A DNA stretch of 64,000 nt from Acidobacteriota bacterium (GCA_963666215.2 CAXWPL010000005.1:384001-448000), one strand, 5' to 3'; counted from the stretch's first letter, positions 27,773-38,684 are shown. Numbers and translations: made by a program. The notes: generated by a model from the sequence alone, not told the origin.

Positions 27773-29179
27773 CTACGAGAAGCAGTAGGAGTCGGACGAG
27801 GCGTCGCCGCCCTCGAGCCGCACCTGGTGCGAGCGCATGCCGCCGGTCTCGAGCAGGAACTTCGGATCGAGCTCCAGGCCTCCGTCGGGGCCGGCATCCG
27901 CCTTCACCATCCAGCCCTCGATCCCGTCCGGATAGAACTGCGCATCCCACGGAGAATAGAGCGAGTTGGTGAAGTAAACGCGGCGGCCGTCGCGGCTCAC
28001 TTCGACCATTTGAGGCCCGCCGTTGAGCGGCTGGTCCGGCTTCGCGGGGTGTGCGGCCCGGCTTACGATGCCGCCGAGCTCGAGGCAGGCCGTGCGCTTG
28101 GGGTTGCGGCGATCGCTGACGTCGTACTGGTGGAACTCACCGGTGCCCCAGCAGGAGACGTACAGAAAGCGATCGTCGACCGACAGGTCGATGTCCGTAA
28201 CCAAGGGCGGCACCGCGCCGAAGCCTTTGAGCAACTCCGGCAGATCGTCGGCGTCGGCCGGCTGCGCCGGGATCGTCACTACCTTGTGGATCGACCAGCC
28301 GGCGTCGCCGTTACCCTCGCCCTTCTCCCACAGCCAGATCGACGCCGACAGATCCTCTAACGACACCACAACGCCGACGAACCCGTAGGCGTGCCTCGGA
28401 TCGTGCGCCGGTCGGACCTCGAGCACCATCTGCTGCTTGTCGCCGAGATCCAGCGCCTGCAGGTGCGAGCGCTTCTTCAGGTCCCAGACGTGGAGACGAT
28501 GCCCGTACCTCCCTGCTAGCAAGAGCTCGGGATTGAGGCCGCCGGTCACCATGTTCGGCGTACCCCATTCGCTGGTGATCACCGCGTCATGGCCGAGATG
28601 CCAGCCAAAGTCGTATGCGAGCTCTTGTGGGCCGTGGTCGACCTCCCAAGCCCCGCGAAGCTCGAAGGTCTCGTGGTCCATCGAGAAGATGCCACCCGGC
28701 CCGTCGCCGTCGACGTTGCCAAGGGCACTGATGTAGATGCCGTCCGGGCCACAGTGAACGGTGTGCGGGGCGCTGTACCCGGTCTTCTCAGCCAGCTCGT
28801 CCGCCTCGATGACCTTGACGATCTGCGGGTTGCGAGGATCGGGCTTGGTGTCGAGGACGTGGATGCGCGACGAGTGGATGCCAGGAACGATCAGGTAGCG
28901 GCGCTCCATGTGGGCGTGGGGTGCGTACGGGCACAAGCAAGAGCTGCACGCGTTCCAGCCGAAATGGTGTAGCTCGTCGCCTGGCGCCGACATGTCGCAT
29001 TGCCCGACCAACTGACCGTACTCGGGAGAGGCCGGGTCGACATCAACGACGCCGATCGCGTCCGGGCGGCCATCGTCGGTGCTGTTCAGCAGTGAGAGAT
29101 AAGCAATCCCCTCTGCAGGTGCCTCAATGGCGTTCTTCGGCGAGGGGTAGAAGCTCGGGTCCGGGGTAAGTGTTGCCAT
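27773..29179 (-). CDS. Selenium-binding protein SBP56/SELENBP1 family (methanethiol oxidase-like)
   Basis: GDELHHFGWNACSSC, PHTVHC, SEWGTP, GGPQM, SLYSPWDAQFYP, GGDASSD; no signal peptide. Confidence 0.93.
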   Translation of the reverse strand: MATLTPDPSFYPSPKNAIEAPAEGIAYLSLLNSTDDGRPDAIGVVDVDPASPEYGQLVGQCDMSAPGDELHHFGWNACSSCLCPYAPHAHMERRYLIVPGIHSSRIHVLDTKPDPRNPQIVKVIEADELAEKTGYSAPHTVHCGPDGIYISALGNVDGDGPGGIFSMDHETFELRGAWEVDHGPQELAYDFGWHLGHDAVITSEWGTPNMVTGGLNPELLLAGRYGHRLHVWDLKKRSHLQALDLGDKQQMVLEVRPAHDPRHAYGFVGVVVSLEDLSASIWLWEKGEGNGDAGWSIHKVVTIPAQPADADDLPELLKGFGAVPPLVTDIDLSVDDRFLYVSCWGTGEFHQYDVSDRRNPKRTACLELGGIVSRAAHPAKPDQPLNGGPQMVEVSRDGRRVYFTNSLYSPWDAQFYPDGIEGWMVKADAGPDGGLELDPKFLLETGGMRSHQVRLEGGDASSDSYCFS

Positions 29180-29357
29180 CGGTCTAGCCTCCTGTCCACG
29201 CGACTATCTCAACCTGGCGAAGATCTCAGCTCATAGCAGAACGACAGTACCAGAACATCGTCGCGGCTTCGCGGGCCAATGAAGGGACGACGGAGCTCCG
29301 CTAGCTAGCCGTCACCGCCCGTTGCCGCACTCGCAGCGCGACTCAGCCTTTCCCTAG

Positions 29358-30051
29358 CAGGCTGCTGAAAAACTCCTAGCGTTCATGTAGCTTGACCCAT
29401 GCAGCCCCGTGCCAACCGGAAGCATCGACGAGGTGAGCAGATGCGTGGTGAAGACGCGGGTCAAGTGGCAGCGTTCAGCTATATCTCGCCCGAGCAGAGG
29501 GTACCGAAGGACCATCCGCTGCGGCGGCTGCTGAAGATCGTCAACAACGTGCTGGAACAGATGTCGCCACTGTTCGCCGGCATGTACTCGCACACGGGGC
29601 GGCCGTCGATCCCGCCGGAGAAGCTGTTGCGGGCATTGCTGCTGCAGGTGCTGTATACGATCCGCTCCGAGCGCATGCTGATGGAGCAGCTCGACTACAA
29701 CCTGCTATTCCGCTGGTTCGTGGGCTTGAACATGGACGATGCGGTGTGGGATGCGACGGTGTTCACCAAGAACCGAGACCGGGTGCTCGGTGGTGAGGTC
29801 GCCGAAGTGTTCTTCGAGCAAGTCGTGGAGCAAGCGCGCAGGCGCGGACTGCTATCGGACGAGCACTTCACCGTTGATGGAACGCTGATCGAAGCGTGGG
29901 CATCGCACAAGAGCTACCAGCCCAAAGACCCGAGCGGGCGGCAGGATCCACCCAGTGGTGGCGGCCGGAACCCGGACGTCGATTTCCGCAAACAGCGGCG
30001 CAAGAGCGATACACACGCCTCGAGAACCGATCCTGACGCCCGCCTGTATAG
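29358..30051 (+). mobile_element. IS5-family (DUF772-type) element, left end plus truncated transposase (ATG 29441)
   Basis: CTAG|CAGGCTGCTGAAAAA end; motifs VPKDHPLR, GRPSIPPE, IRSERMLME, VDGTLIEAWAS, TDPDARLY; similarity stops at about 30051. Confidence 0.9.
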
Positions 30052-30725
30052 GCCCGATGGGGACATCCGTCGAGGCGTTCTCCACCTTCAACCAGATCAT
30101 GGCCGCGCAGGGATGGTTGGTGTTCAGCCCCAACTACCGTGGCAGCAGCACCCAAGGGAAGGCCTTTCAGAGCGCCGTGATCAACGATGCCGGCGACGGG
30201 CCGGGGCGCGACGTCATGTCGGGCGTCGATGCGGTGAAAGCGCTCGGGATTGTCGACGACAGCCGCATCGCCGTGTCGGGATGGTCGTACGGCGGCTACA
30301 TGACCGCCTGGCTCACGGCCCATTACGACGGCTGGGCCGTTGCCATGGCGGGAGCCGCGGTGACCGACTGGTTCGACTGGTACAGCATGGCCGACATGAA
30401 CACCTGGGCCGGATTCGGGCTCGGTGGATCGCCGTGGCTCAACGACAACGCGATGAACTACTGGCGCCAGTCACCCATGGCCTACGCGCACCAGATCCGT
30501 ACGCCCACCCTCATCATCTCGAACACCGGCGACGAGCGTGTCACGGTGAGCCAGTCCTACAAGCTCTACCACGCGCTCAAAGACAACGGCGTGGAGGTCA
30601 AGTTCGTGGTGTATCCGGTGGGTGGGCACTTCCCGTCGGATCCTGTGCATCGGCGAGACCTGCGGCGACGCTGGGTGGAATGGATCGCCGAGCACTTCGA
30701 CCGCGTCGACACCGCCGCCCGCTGA
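30052..30725 (+). pseudogene. S9 peptidase catalytic-domain fragment (5' end lost at the IS junction)
   Basis: PNYRGS, GWSYGG, GDERV, GGHF motifs; no propeller domain. Confidence 0.8.
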
Positions 30726-30752
30726 TGGTCGGGGCTTTCCGAGGAGGAAGAG

Positions 30753-32079
30753 ATGACGAACTTCAACCGCCGAAGCTTCGGTAGGACGCTGGGCATGCTC
30801 GGACTGGCCGAAGCGCTCTCGGGTAGGTCCTCCGCCGCCGTCAGCGCCCCCTCTTCGTCGGAGGGCGCACGCGGCGAGGTGCTCCCGGTGGGACGGCGCC
30901 CGGCCGTTCAGCCAGAGATCGACGTGATTCGGGCTCGCCGTGAGACGCCCGGCGCCGAGCGCGTGCTGCACTTCAACAACGCCGGCGCCTCGCTTACCCC
31001 GACGCCGGTGCTCGACGCTCTCTACGGCCACCTGCGCGCCGAGGCGGAAATGGGCGGGTACGAGGCGGCGGACGCGGCTGCGAAGCTACGAGGCCATCGC
31101 CGAGCTGTTGGGTTGTGAGACCGACGAGATCGCCCTCGTCGAGAACGCCACGCGCGCCTGGGACATGGCCTTCTACGCGGTGTCCTTCAAGGCCGGGGAT
31201 CGCATCCTCACCTGCGAAGCGGTGTACGCCAGCAACTACCTCGCCTACATGCACGTCGCCCGAAGGACCGGGGCGGTGGTCGAGGTCGTGCCCAGCGATG
31301 CCGACGGTCAGATCTCGCTGGATGCGCTGCACACCGAGCTCCGACGCGGGGGGGTCGCACTGGTGGGGCTCACCCACGTACCCACGAATGGCGGTTTGGT
31401 GAATCCGGCCGAAGAGGTCGGCAAGCTGACGCGCGAGGCCGGTGTCCCCTTCCTGCTCGACGCCTGTCAGTCGGCGGGACAGTGGCCTCTTGACGTCGAT
31501 GCGCTCGGCTGCGACATGCTCTCGGTCACGGGACGAAAGTACCTGCGAGGACCGCGCGGCACCGGCTTCCTTTACGTGCGAAAACAGATGACCGACGAGT
31601 TGGACCCGCCCTTCCTCGACCTGCGCGCCGCCACCTGGACCGCGCGCAACGAGTACGAGATCCAGCCCACCGCCAGGCGCTTCGAAAACTGGGAGTCGTA
31701 CGTGGCCGGCCACATCGCGCTCGGTGCTGCGGTCGACTACGCGCTGGACTGGGGCATCAGGCCCATCCAGCAGCGCGTGGTCCTTCTCGCCGAGACGCTG
31801 CGAGGCGCTCTGGCCGAGACCCCTGGCGTCGACGTCCGGGACATCGGTCGCCACAAGTGCGGCATCGTCACGTTCACGGTCGCCGGCCGAGAGCCGTCGG
31901 ACCTCGAGAGCGAGTTGAGGGCGCGAGGCGTGAACGTCAGCGTTACCGGGCGCTCGTCGAGCCGGATCGACATGGAGGCCCGCAACCTGCAGTCGATGGT
32001 GCGCGCCTCGGTGCACTACTACAACACCGAGGACGAGGTGGAGCGCTTCGTGTCAGAGGTGGCCGAGCTCTCTCGCTGA
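30753..32079 (+). CDS. Class-V PLP enzyme (cysteine desulfurase/EgtE-like) with Tat-like leader, frameshifted near 31085
   Basis: RBS GAGGAGG; MTNFNRRSF; HFNNAGAS; after the frameshift ENATRAW, LDACQSAG, TGRKYLRGPRGTG, RASVHYYN. Confidence 0.8.
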
Positions 32080-32175
32080 ACAGCGTTTCCGATGGGGAAG
32101 TTGCCGGACACGACCGCGGAGTCGCCCTCCGAGAGCCTGACTCGCACCGGATACCAGCTGGCCGTTGCAGTCGGA

Positions 32176-35100
32176 TCATGGTTGCTCGGCGCTGATCGGC
32201 AGCAGCGGTTCGAGCTCCGGAGCCGGCAGCGCGCTCGCCGACAGCACCCGGTACAGCTCCGGCAGCGCCTCGGCGATCAGCCGGTTCACCTCTTGCACGA
32301 CCGCTTCCAGATCGGTGCGCGCCTGGGCGAGCGAGCGCTGCTGAATCTCCGTGGGGAACGTCGTCGAGCCCATGATGTCGCCCTTCACGGACGCCAGGTC
32401 GCGGACGACGTTCTCCCGGCGCCGTGGACCACCGGCGGCGAGCCGAGTCTCCACCTCGGCCAGCGCGGTCTCCAGCGATTCCACGGCCTCCGTCAGGGCG
32501 GCCGGCACCTCACGTGCGGTGGCCACCGCGGTGCGGATGGCCTCGAGGTTGCGCCGTAGCGACTCGGCCGTCGTCGTCGCCCGCCGCGCCAGATCCTGGA
32601 GCGTGTGGGCCTCCAACGCGGCGTCGTGCCAGGCGCGCCGATCCGCCGGCGAGATCTCCACCCAGGGGTCGGGCAGCACCTCGAAGTCCCGTATCCCGAC
32701 ATCGCGCCCGTCCACCTCCAGGCGAAGGGTGTAGCGGCCGGGAAGGACGAACGGCCCCGTTGCGATGTCCAGAAGCTCCCTTCCGATGCTCCGGAACGAG
32801 TGTGACCGGGTCTGCGGCCTGCCGAAGTACGGCTGCGTCACCTCGACCCCGGTGTCGACCTCGCCGTTCACGGCAAGTGGGGCGAGTGGGGCAAGCGGCT
32901 CGTGGCGCAAGTCCCACTGCATCCGGTGCACGCCCGGCCCATGCATGGCGGAGGCACTCGGTCGTAGACGACGGACGATCTCGCCGCCGGCGTCCCGGAC
33001 AGCGATCTCGATGGCCTCGGCGGGCTGGCCGAGTTGGTAGCTGACGATGGCCCCGAACGGCGAGTTCTCGCCCAGAAACTCACGATCCCCCACCATCCAC
33101 CAGCGGTCGTGAGCGCGGTTGAACTGGACCGCATCGCGCACCGCGAACAGATAATGGCCGTCGTTCGAGGGATCCACCGAGTTCGACGGATCCGACGGAT
33201 CCGACAGATCCAACGGGTTCAACGCCGCCGCCTCCTGCATCGGTCCGAGATCGTCCAGGATCCAGATGCTGCGGCCGTGGGTGGCGAGGATCATGTCGTT
33301 CTCGCGCGGGTGCAGCGCGATCTCGTAGATCGGCACCGTCGGCAGGTTGGCACGCCAGCGCCGCCACGCGCCGCCGCCATCCCGGGAGAAGAACAGGCCG
33401 AGCTCGGTGCCCGCGTACAGCACGTCGGGGTTGACCAGATCCTCGGCAAGGCAGCGCACCGCGTGGCCCTCCGGGATCCCGTCGGTAATGCGTCGCCATG
33501 TTTCGCCGGAGTCCGTGGTGACGTAGACGTGCGGCGTCATGTCCTCGCCACGATGGCCGTCGAAGGTAGCGTAGGCGGTGCCGGGGGCGTGTGCCGACGC
33601 CACCAGATCGGACACCCAGGTGCGCGGCGGCAGCCCCGGAAACCGGTCGCCGATCGCCTGCCAGGTGTTGCCGCCATCGCGGCTGACCTGGACGCTGCCG
33701 TCGTCGGCGCCGGTGTAGTAGAGGCCCGGCATCAGAGGCGACTCCGTGATCGCCGTCAGCGTCCCGTAGGCCGACACGCCGTCGTGCTTGGCGATGGTGA
33801 TCTCGCTGCCGAGCACCCCCATGATCGACAGCTCCTCGCGATCGATCGCGGCGGTGAGGTCGGGGCTGACCGCCGTCCAGGAGTGGCCGCGGTCGGTGGA
33901 CCGGAACAACCTGTTGGCGCCCATCAGCAGGGTGTCGGAGTCGTGCGGCGAGAGCATCATCGGCGTGTCCCAGTTCCACCGCAGCTCCGGCTCTCCCTCA
34001 GCCAGGCGCGGACGGATCGGCTTGCGCTCGTTGGTGAGCCGGTCGACGCGAGCGACGTTGCCGTGCTGCGACTCGGCATAGATCGTGCGCGAGTCGTTCG
34101 GATCGGCGAAGGACGCGAAGCCGTCGCCTCCCGCCACCAGAAACCAGTCGCCATTGCGGATCCCGAGGTAGCTGCGCACCTCGTTCGGTCCGCCCCAGCC
34201 GATGTTGTCCTGCAATCCGAGATAGACGCGGTACGGCCAGTCCATGTCGAAGCCGACGCGATACAGCTGGCCGAGGTCCATGTTGTCGATGAAGTCCCAC
34301 GTCCTCGCCCCGTCCCGGGAGATGTAGACGCCGCCGTCGTTGCCGACGATCAGGTGGTCCGAGTCGGCGGGATCGATCCACATCGCATGCTGGTCGGTGT
34401 GCAGCGACGAGTTGTAGGTGGCCGTCGGCCCCATGAGTCCCTGCTGAACGGCGTTGCGGTAGGTGACGAAGGTTCGGCCGCCGTCGTCGGAGACGTGCAG
34501 GCTCACCCCGAGCACGTAGACGCGATGTTGATCGCGTGGATCGACCCGCACCTGACTGAAAAACATGGGACGCGGGTTGAGCTCGGATATCCGCCTCCAG
34601 CTCGCACCACCGTCGTCCGTCCGATACAGGCCGCCCTCGTCGGCGTGCTCCACCGTGGCGTACACGACGCGCGGGTCGGCCCGGTACACGTCGAGGGCGA
34701 TGCGCCCCATGGGTCCCTCGGGCAGCCCAACTGTCAGGCGCGTCCAGGTTCTGCCGCCGTCGGTGGTCTTGAAGATGCCGCTGCCGGGCCCGCCGCCGTT
34801 GAACCCCCAGGCGGTGCGTCGCCGCTGGTAGGTGGCCGCGTACACCACGTCGGGGTTGGCCGGATCCATCGCCAGGTCGGTAGCGCCGGTGTCCTCGTCG
34901 ATGAATAACACCTTGTCCCACGACTGGCCGCCGTCGCGGGTGCGATAGACGCCGCGTTCAGAGCTCGGCCCCCAGAGGCGTCCGGTGGCGGCAACCCAGA
35001 CGACGTCCGTGTCGTCCGGGTCGATCAGCACTCGGCCGATGTGATGGCTGTCCGCGAGCCCCATGTGCTCCCACGTGTGACCGCCATCGGTCGACTTGTA

Positions 35101-35535
35101 GACGCCGTTGCCCCACGAGGAGCTGTTGCGATTGTTGTTCTCCCCCGAGCCCAGCCAGACCAGCTGCGGGTCATCAGCGGGAATGGCGATGTCGCCGATG
35201 GAAACGACGTCCGGCTGGTCGTCGAACAGCACCTCCCAGGTGGTGCCGCCGTTGGTGGTTTTCCAGAGGCCGCCCGTCGCGGCGGCAACATAGAAGGTGG
35301 ACGGATCGGTCTCCAGGACCGCGACATCGTCGATCCGCCCCGACATCGCCGCCGGGCCGATGGCCCGGAACGACAGGCCGTTGAAACGATGATCGAGAGA
35401 AGCAGCGGTGGTCGCGGCGCCACCGTCCGGTTGCTCCGCCTGCACGCCTCGCGCGAGCTCCGGGCCACCGGAAACACCGGAAAGAACGGCGGCACTCAAG
35501 ACCAGGAGGACAACTCGGGTGCGAAATCGCATCAT
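32176..35535 (-). CDS. Secreted VPS10/sortilin-like BNR-repeat protein (glycosyl-hydrolase-annotated family)
   Basis: Signal peptide; FRAIGPAAMSGRI, GGLWKTTNGGTTW, many SxDGGxTW boxes, ATHGRSIWILDD, C-terminal coiled coil. Confidence 0.9.
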   Translation of the reverse strand: MMRFRTRVVLLVLSAAVLSGVSGGPELARGVQAEQPDGGAATTAASLDHRFNGLSFRAIGPAAMSGRIDDVAVLETDPSTFYVAAATGGLWKTTNGGTTWEVLFDDQPDVVSIGDIAIPADDPQLVWLGSGENNNRNSSSWGNGVYKSTDGGHTWEHMGLADSHHIGRVLIDPDDTDVVWVAATGRLWGPSSERGVYRTRDGGQSWDKVLFIDEDTGATDLAMDPANPDVVYAATYQRRRTAWGFNGGGPGSGIFKTTDGGRTWTRLTVGLPEGPMGRIALDVYRADPRVVYATVEHADEGGLYRTDDGGASWRRISELNPRPMFFSQVRVDPRDQHRVYVLGVSLHVSDDGGRTFVTYRNAVQQGLMGPTATYNSSLHTDQHAMWIDPADSDHLIVGNDGGVYISRDGARTWDFIDNMDLGQLYRVGFDMDWPYRVYLGLQDNIGWGGPNEVRSYLGIRNGDWFLVAGGDGFASFADPNDSRTIYAESQHGNVARVDRLTNERKPIRPRLAEGEPELRWNWDTPMMLSPHDSDTLLMGANRLFRSTDRGHSWTAVSPDLTAAIDREELSIMGVLGSEITIAKHDGVSAYGTLTAITESPLMPGLYYTGADDGSVQVSRDGGNTWQAIGDRFPGLPPRTWVSDLVASAHAPGTAYATFDGHRGEDMTPHVYVTTDSGETWRRITDGIPEGHAVRCLAEDLVNPDVLYAGTELGLFFSRDGGGAWRRWRANLPTVPIYEIALHPRENDMILATHGRSIWILDDLGPMQEAAALNPLDLSDPSDPSNSVDPSNDGHYLFAVRDAVQFNRAHDRWWMVGDREFLGENSPFGAIVSYQLGQPAEAIEIAVRDAGGEIVRRLRPSASAMHGPGVHRMQWDLRHEPLAPLAPLAVNGEVDTGVEVTQPYFGRPQTRSHSFRSIGRELLDIATGPFVLPGRYTLRLEVDGRDVGIRDFEVLPDPWVEISPADRRAWHDAALEAHTLQDLARRATTTAESLRRNLEAIRTAVATAREVPAALTEAVESLETALAEVETRLAAGGPRRRENVVRDLASVKGDIMGSTTFPTEIQQRSLAQARTDLEAVVQEVNRLIAEALPELYRVLSASALPAPELEPLLPISAEQP

Positions 35536-35599
35536 CGACTCTTTTTTGGACATCGGCGCTCGGTGACCATCTACTGACTCCGGGAGGCTCTCCCGGGAG

Positions 35600-37333
35600 T
35601 CACCTGCCGACCGGAAGCGTATCGCCGAAAAAATAGGGTTGATCAGGACTTCGCCGTGTCTGGGAGACCGGCGCGTCAGCGTCCATTCGGGGCATCCCGT
35701 CGCCGTTCGCCAGGTCCCAGGCGAGCCTAACCGAAAGGGCGGCCATGTTCGCCGGCGATTCCAGGCTCCAGGCAGGGTCGGAGTTGTCCCGCTGACGATG
35801 GTTGACATTGTCCAGGTAACGGACCCACATGTCTCGCCCGCGCTCCGGATCTCCTGCAATCGTGAAACCCGGCATGAGGTACAAGCCCGGAACGCCCGCG
35901 AGGATGAATGAGTATTGATCCGATCGGAACAGCAGCATCTGCGCGGGCCCGAAGGGAGCTCGGTGCTCGCGTTCCAGGAACATGCCGGCGGCCTCCGCGG
36001 CGCGGTCGAGCCGCTCCTCGAGTGCCGTGGACAGCTCGGCGCCGAACGCTTGAACATCGCCGGTGGCCGCGCCGCTGAGGCCGCCGTCGTGGTTGATCAC
36101 CGCCACCGTGTTCTCGATGGCAAACACCGGGTGGCGGACGTAGTACCAGGACCCCAGCAGCCCGCCCTCTTCGGCGCCGACAGCGATGAACCCCACGGAG
36201 CGCCGCGGCGACAGCATCGCCATCGCCTCGGCGGCGGCCAGCATCTTCGCCGTCCCGAGGGCATTGTCGTGGGTGCCGTTGTAGATTCGGTCCCCGCTCT
36301 CGTCCGGCTCGCCGATGCCTACATGGTCGAGATGCGAGGTGATCATGACGATCTCCCCGGAAACCTCGGGGTCGCTGCCACCGACGACGCCCATGACGTT
36401 CCAGCTGCGGCCGCGATTGACCACGCGCTCACGGGTGATGGTCACCGCGCCGAGGGCCCGGGCCGCGACACCGATCTCGGCTTGCTGCAACAGCTCCTCA
36501 CGGGAGAGGCCCCACTCCCCCCACACACGCTCCGTCGCGGCGGGGCCTACGACCACGTCCGCGCGCAGCGACGCGGCGGTCCCGTCCGCCAGAACACGCA
36601 GCGGCCGGCGGCGGTTCCGGGTCGCCTCCCAGGCAGCAAGTGATTCGGGAGTAGCAGCCCGGCGCTGCAACTCGACGACCGCGACGGCTCCGAGCCGATG
36701 GGCGATCTCGGTCTTCAGGCGGGTCAGATGGGCACGATCCGGATCTGCCTCCCAGCCCTCCGGCCACCCGGCCACGAGGAAGACGATCTTGCCCTCGACA
36801 TCGAGGCCGCCGTAGTCCTGGCGACCGTCGACGGGTAGCCCGTAACCGGCAAAGATGCCCTCGCCGGCGATCTCGGGCCGCTCGTCCAGCCAGTCCGGTG
36901 TGAAGATCGCGTCGCTGCCCTTAAGGAGCAGGCCACCCACTTCAAGGGAGCTGCCGTGATCTTCGCCCGCCTCGAGAATGTCGAAGGGCTGGAGGTAGGA
37001 GGCGCCATCGATGGGCTGCAGCCCCATGCGGTCGAACTGGCCGGCGACGTACTCGCGGGCGATCTCGTAGCCGACGTCGCCGGTGTCGCGCCCGCGCAGC
37101 AGATCGTGCGACAGGAACATCATGTGGCCGCGAACAATGCGCGGATCGATCCTCGCCAACGCGGTCTCCAGCCCCGCGTCCCCGCCCGGACCGAGCTCCG
37201 AGACCGATCCCGCGCAGCCGGTCGCGGCGGCGACGATACTCCACGCCAGCGCCGTCTGCGCTCTCAGGCTGAAGGTCGCCGGGCGCCTATTCGACAAGGT
37301 AGAAGGACTCCTGTCGGGGCCGGAAGAAGACAT
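35600..37333 (-). CDS. M28 peptidase with PA domain, probable lipoprotein
   Basis: ATGC lipobox-like site; LRGRDTG, SHLDHVG, GTHDNALG, GAEEGGLLGS, RSDQYSF. Confidence 0.9.
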   Translation of the reverse strand: MSSSGPDRSPSTLSNRRPATFSLRAQTALAWSIVAAATGCAGSVSELGPGGDAGLETALARIDPRIVRGHMMFLSHDLLRGRDTGDVGYEIAREYVAGQFDRMGLQPIDGASYLQPFDILEAGEDHGSSLEVGGLLLKGSDAIFTPDWLDERPEIAGEGIFAGYGLPVDGRQDYGGLDVEGKIVFLVAGWPEGWEADPDRAHLTRLKTEIAHRLGAVAVVELQRRAATPESLAAWEATRNRRRPLRVLADGTAASLRADVVVGPAATERVWGEWGLSREELLQQAEIGVAARALGAVTITRERVVNRGRSWNVMGVVGGSDPEVSGEIVMITSHLDHVGIGEPDESGDRIYNGTHDNALGTAKMLAAAEAMAMLSPRRSVGFIAVGAEEGGLLGSWYYVRHPVFAIENTVAVINHDGGLSGAATGDVQAFGAELSTALEERLDRAAEAAGMFLEREHRAPFGPAQMLLFRSDQYSFILAGVPGLYLMPGFTIAGDPERGRDMWVRYLDNVNHRQRDNSDPAWSLESPANMAALSVRLAWDLANGDGMPRMDADAPVSQTRRSPDQPYFFGDTLPVGR

Positions 37334-38684
37334 AGCCGTTGTCGGTCAGGTAGGCCGGATCCTCCATCATGATGTAGACCTCTTGACCATCCCACTCCGC
37401 CACCGGCGTGAGCGTGTTGAGCTCGATCGACATGTAGGAGCTCGGCCGCAACAACTTCGCCAGGCGGCCCTCATCGCCGCGGCTGGCGGACCGGAAGTCG
37501 ATGCTCGCGCCAACGCCGTGGCCGTGGTTGCCGAGCGGATGGGAGTAGATCTGGGCCTTGATGCCCCTCTCCTCCATCTTCGCCATCGCCGCCTCGTAGA
37601 CCTCGCCGGCGGCAAGACCCGGCCGCGCCACGCCGGTCAGCGCGTCCTGCAGCGCGTTGGTGTTGGCCATGGCCGCCCGCAAGCCGGCCGGCGCCCCGCT
37701 CTCCCCCTCACGCAGCACGTAGGCCTTCTTTTGCCAGTCGGTATCGAAACCCATGCCGGAAACGCCGAAGTCCAGGTGCAATACATCACCGCGCTCGATC
37801 ACCCATGCCTCCGGGGCAACGGCGAGGAAGCCCCGGGAAGTGTCGTTCTCCATCCTGCGCCGCTGCAACCGCAGGTCGGGCTGGAACCAGGTGCCCACCC
37901 GCCGCTCCCAGAGCGCGTCGTACAGCCACTCGCGCACTTCGCCGATCGTCGTGACCCCGGGCGTGATCACCTCGTTGGATAGTGCGCGACGGGCAATCTC
38001 CTCGGTGACATGAACGAGGGTGCGGTAGTAGGGAAGCTCCTCGGGGATGCGGGTGTCCAGGTACTCCTCGATCAGGTCGTCGGCGCCGACGAACCGCTCT
38101 GTTGCCTCCGGCCCCATCGTCTCGCTCAGGAACGCGTAGCTGAAATGGGTCAACGAGTGCATCACGCCCCTGCGGCCGCCGATACCGAGCCCGATGCGCC
38201 GCGGCCGATAGGTCTCGTACAGCTCCGGAAGCACCTGGGTCGCCGGTCGGGGCTCGTCCGGCGACTCGAAGAAGCCCTTCAGGTTGTCCTCCGAGAAGCC
38301 GGTGATCGCGACCTTGCGCAGGCCCGCGTCGCCCGCTCCGGTGTCCACGAAGACGAAAATGTCACGACCGCCGGTATAGGGACGCGGCGGCGCCACGTAC
38401 TCGGTGAGCGGATCGTCGTGAAACTCCTCGTTGACGACGATCCACATCTGCAGGTCGTGCTTGCGCATGAGCGGCAGAATCATGTCGTGGCGCTGCCGCA
38501 GCCAGCCCTCGCGGATCTCGATCTGCTCGGACCACGCTGGCAGCTCGGGAGCCTCGTCGGCGATCGCCGCGGTCACACCGGTCGCCACCTCGTCCGCCGG
38601 CGCACAGGCGCCCGAGAACACGAGAGCGATCGTGCTCAGGACGACGACACGGGATGGAGCAGAATCACGTTCGGTCGGGTGCAT
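37287..38684 (-). CDS. M24 (Xaa-Pro aminopeptidase-like) peptidase, probable lipoprotein
   Basis: FSGAC lipobox; GDVLHLDFG, DTDWQ, YSHPLGNHGHGVG, SIEL, MMED. Start uncertain. Confidence 0.85.
   Translation of the reverse strand: MHPTERDSAPSRVVVLSTIALVFSGACAPADEVATGVTAAIADEAPELPAWSEQIEIREGWLRQRHDMILPLMRKHDLQMWIVVNEEFHDDPLTEYVAPPRPYTGGRDIFVFVDTGAGDAGLRKVAITGFSEDNLKGFFESPDEPRPATQVLPELYETYRPRRIGLGIGGRRGVMHSLTHFSYAFLSETMGPEATERFVGADDLIEEYLDTRIPEELPYYRTLVHVTEEIARRALSNEVITPGVTTIGEVREWLYDALWERRVGTWFQPDLRLQRRRMENDTSRGFLAVAPEAWVIERGDVLHLDFGVSGMGFDTDWQKKAYVLREGESGAPAGLRAAMANTNALQDALTGVARPGLAAGEVYEAAMAKMEERGIKAQIYSHPLGNHGHGVGASIDFRSASRGDEGRLAKLLRPSSYMSIELNTLTPVAEWDGQEVYIMMEDPAYLTDNGYVFFRPRQESFYLVE

Noticed and set aside
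29399-30784. 461-aa full-length transposase
   Set aside because: It is chimeric: only the part up to about 30051 is transposase.
33171-33217. GGATCCGAC-like 9-bp repeats
   Set aside because: They encode an in-frame low-complexity linker (LSDPSDPSNSVDPS) in the VPS10 protein.
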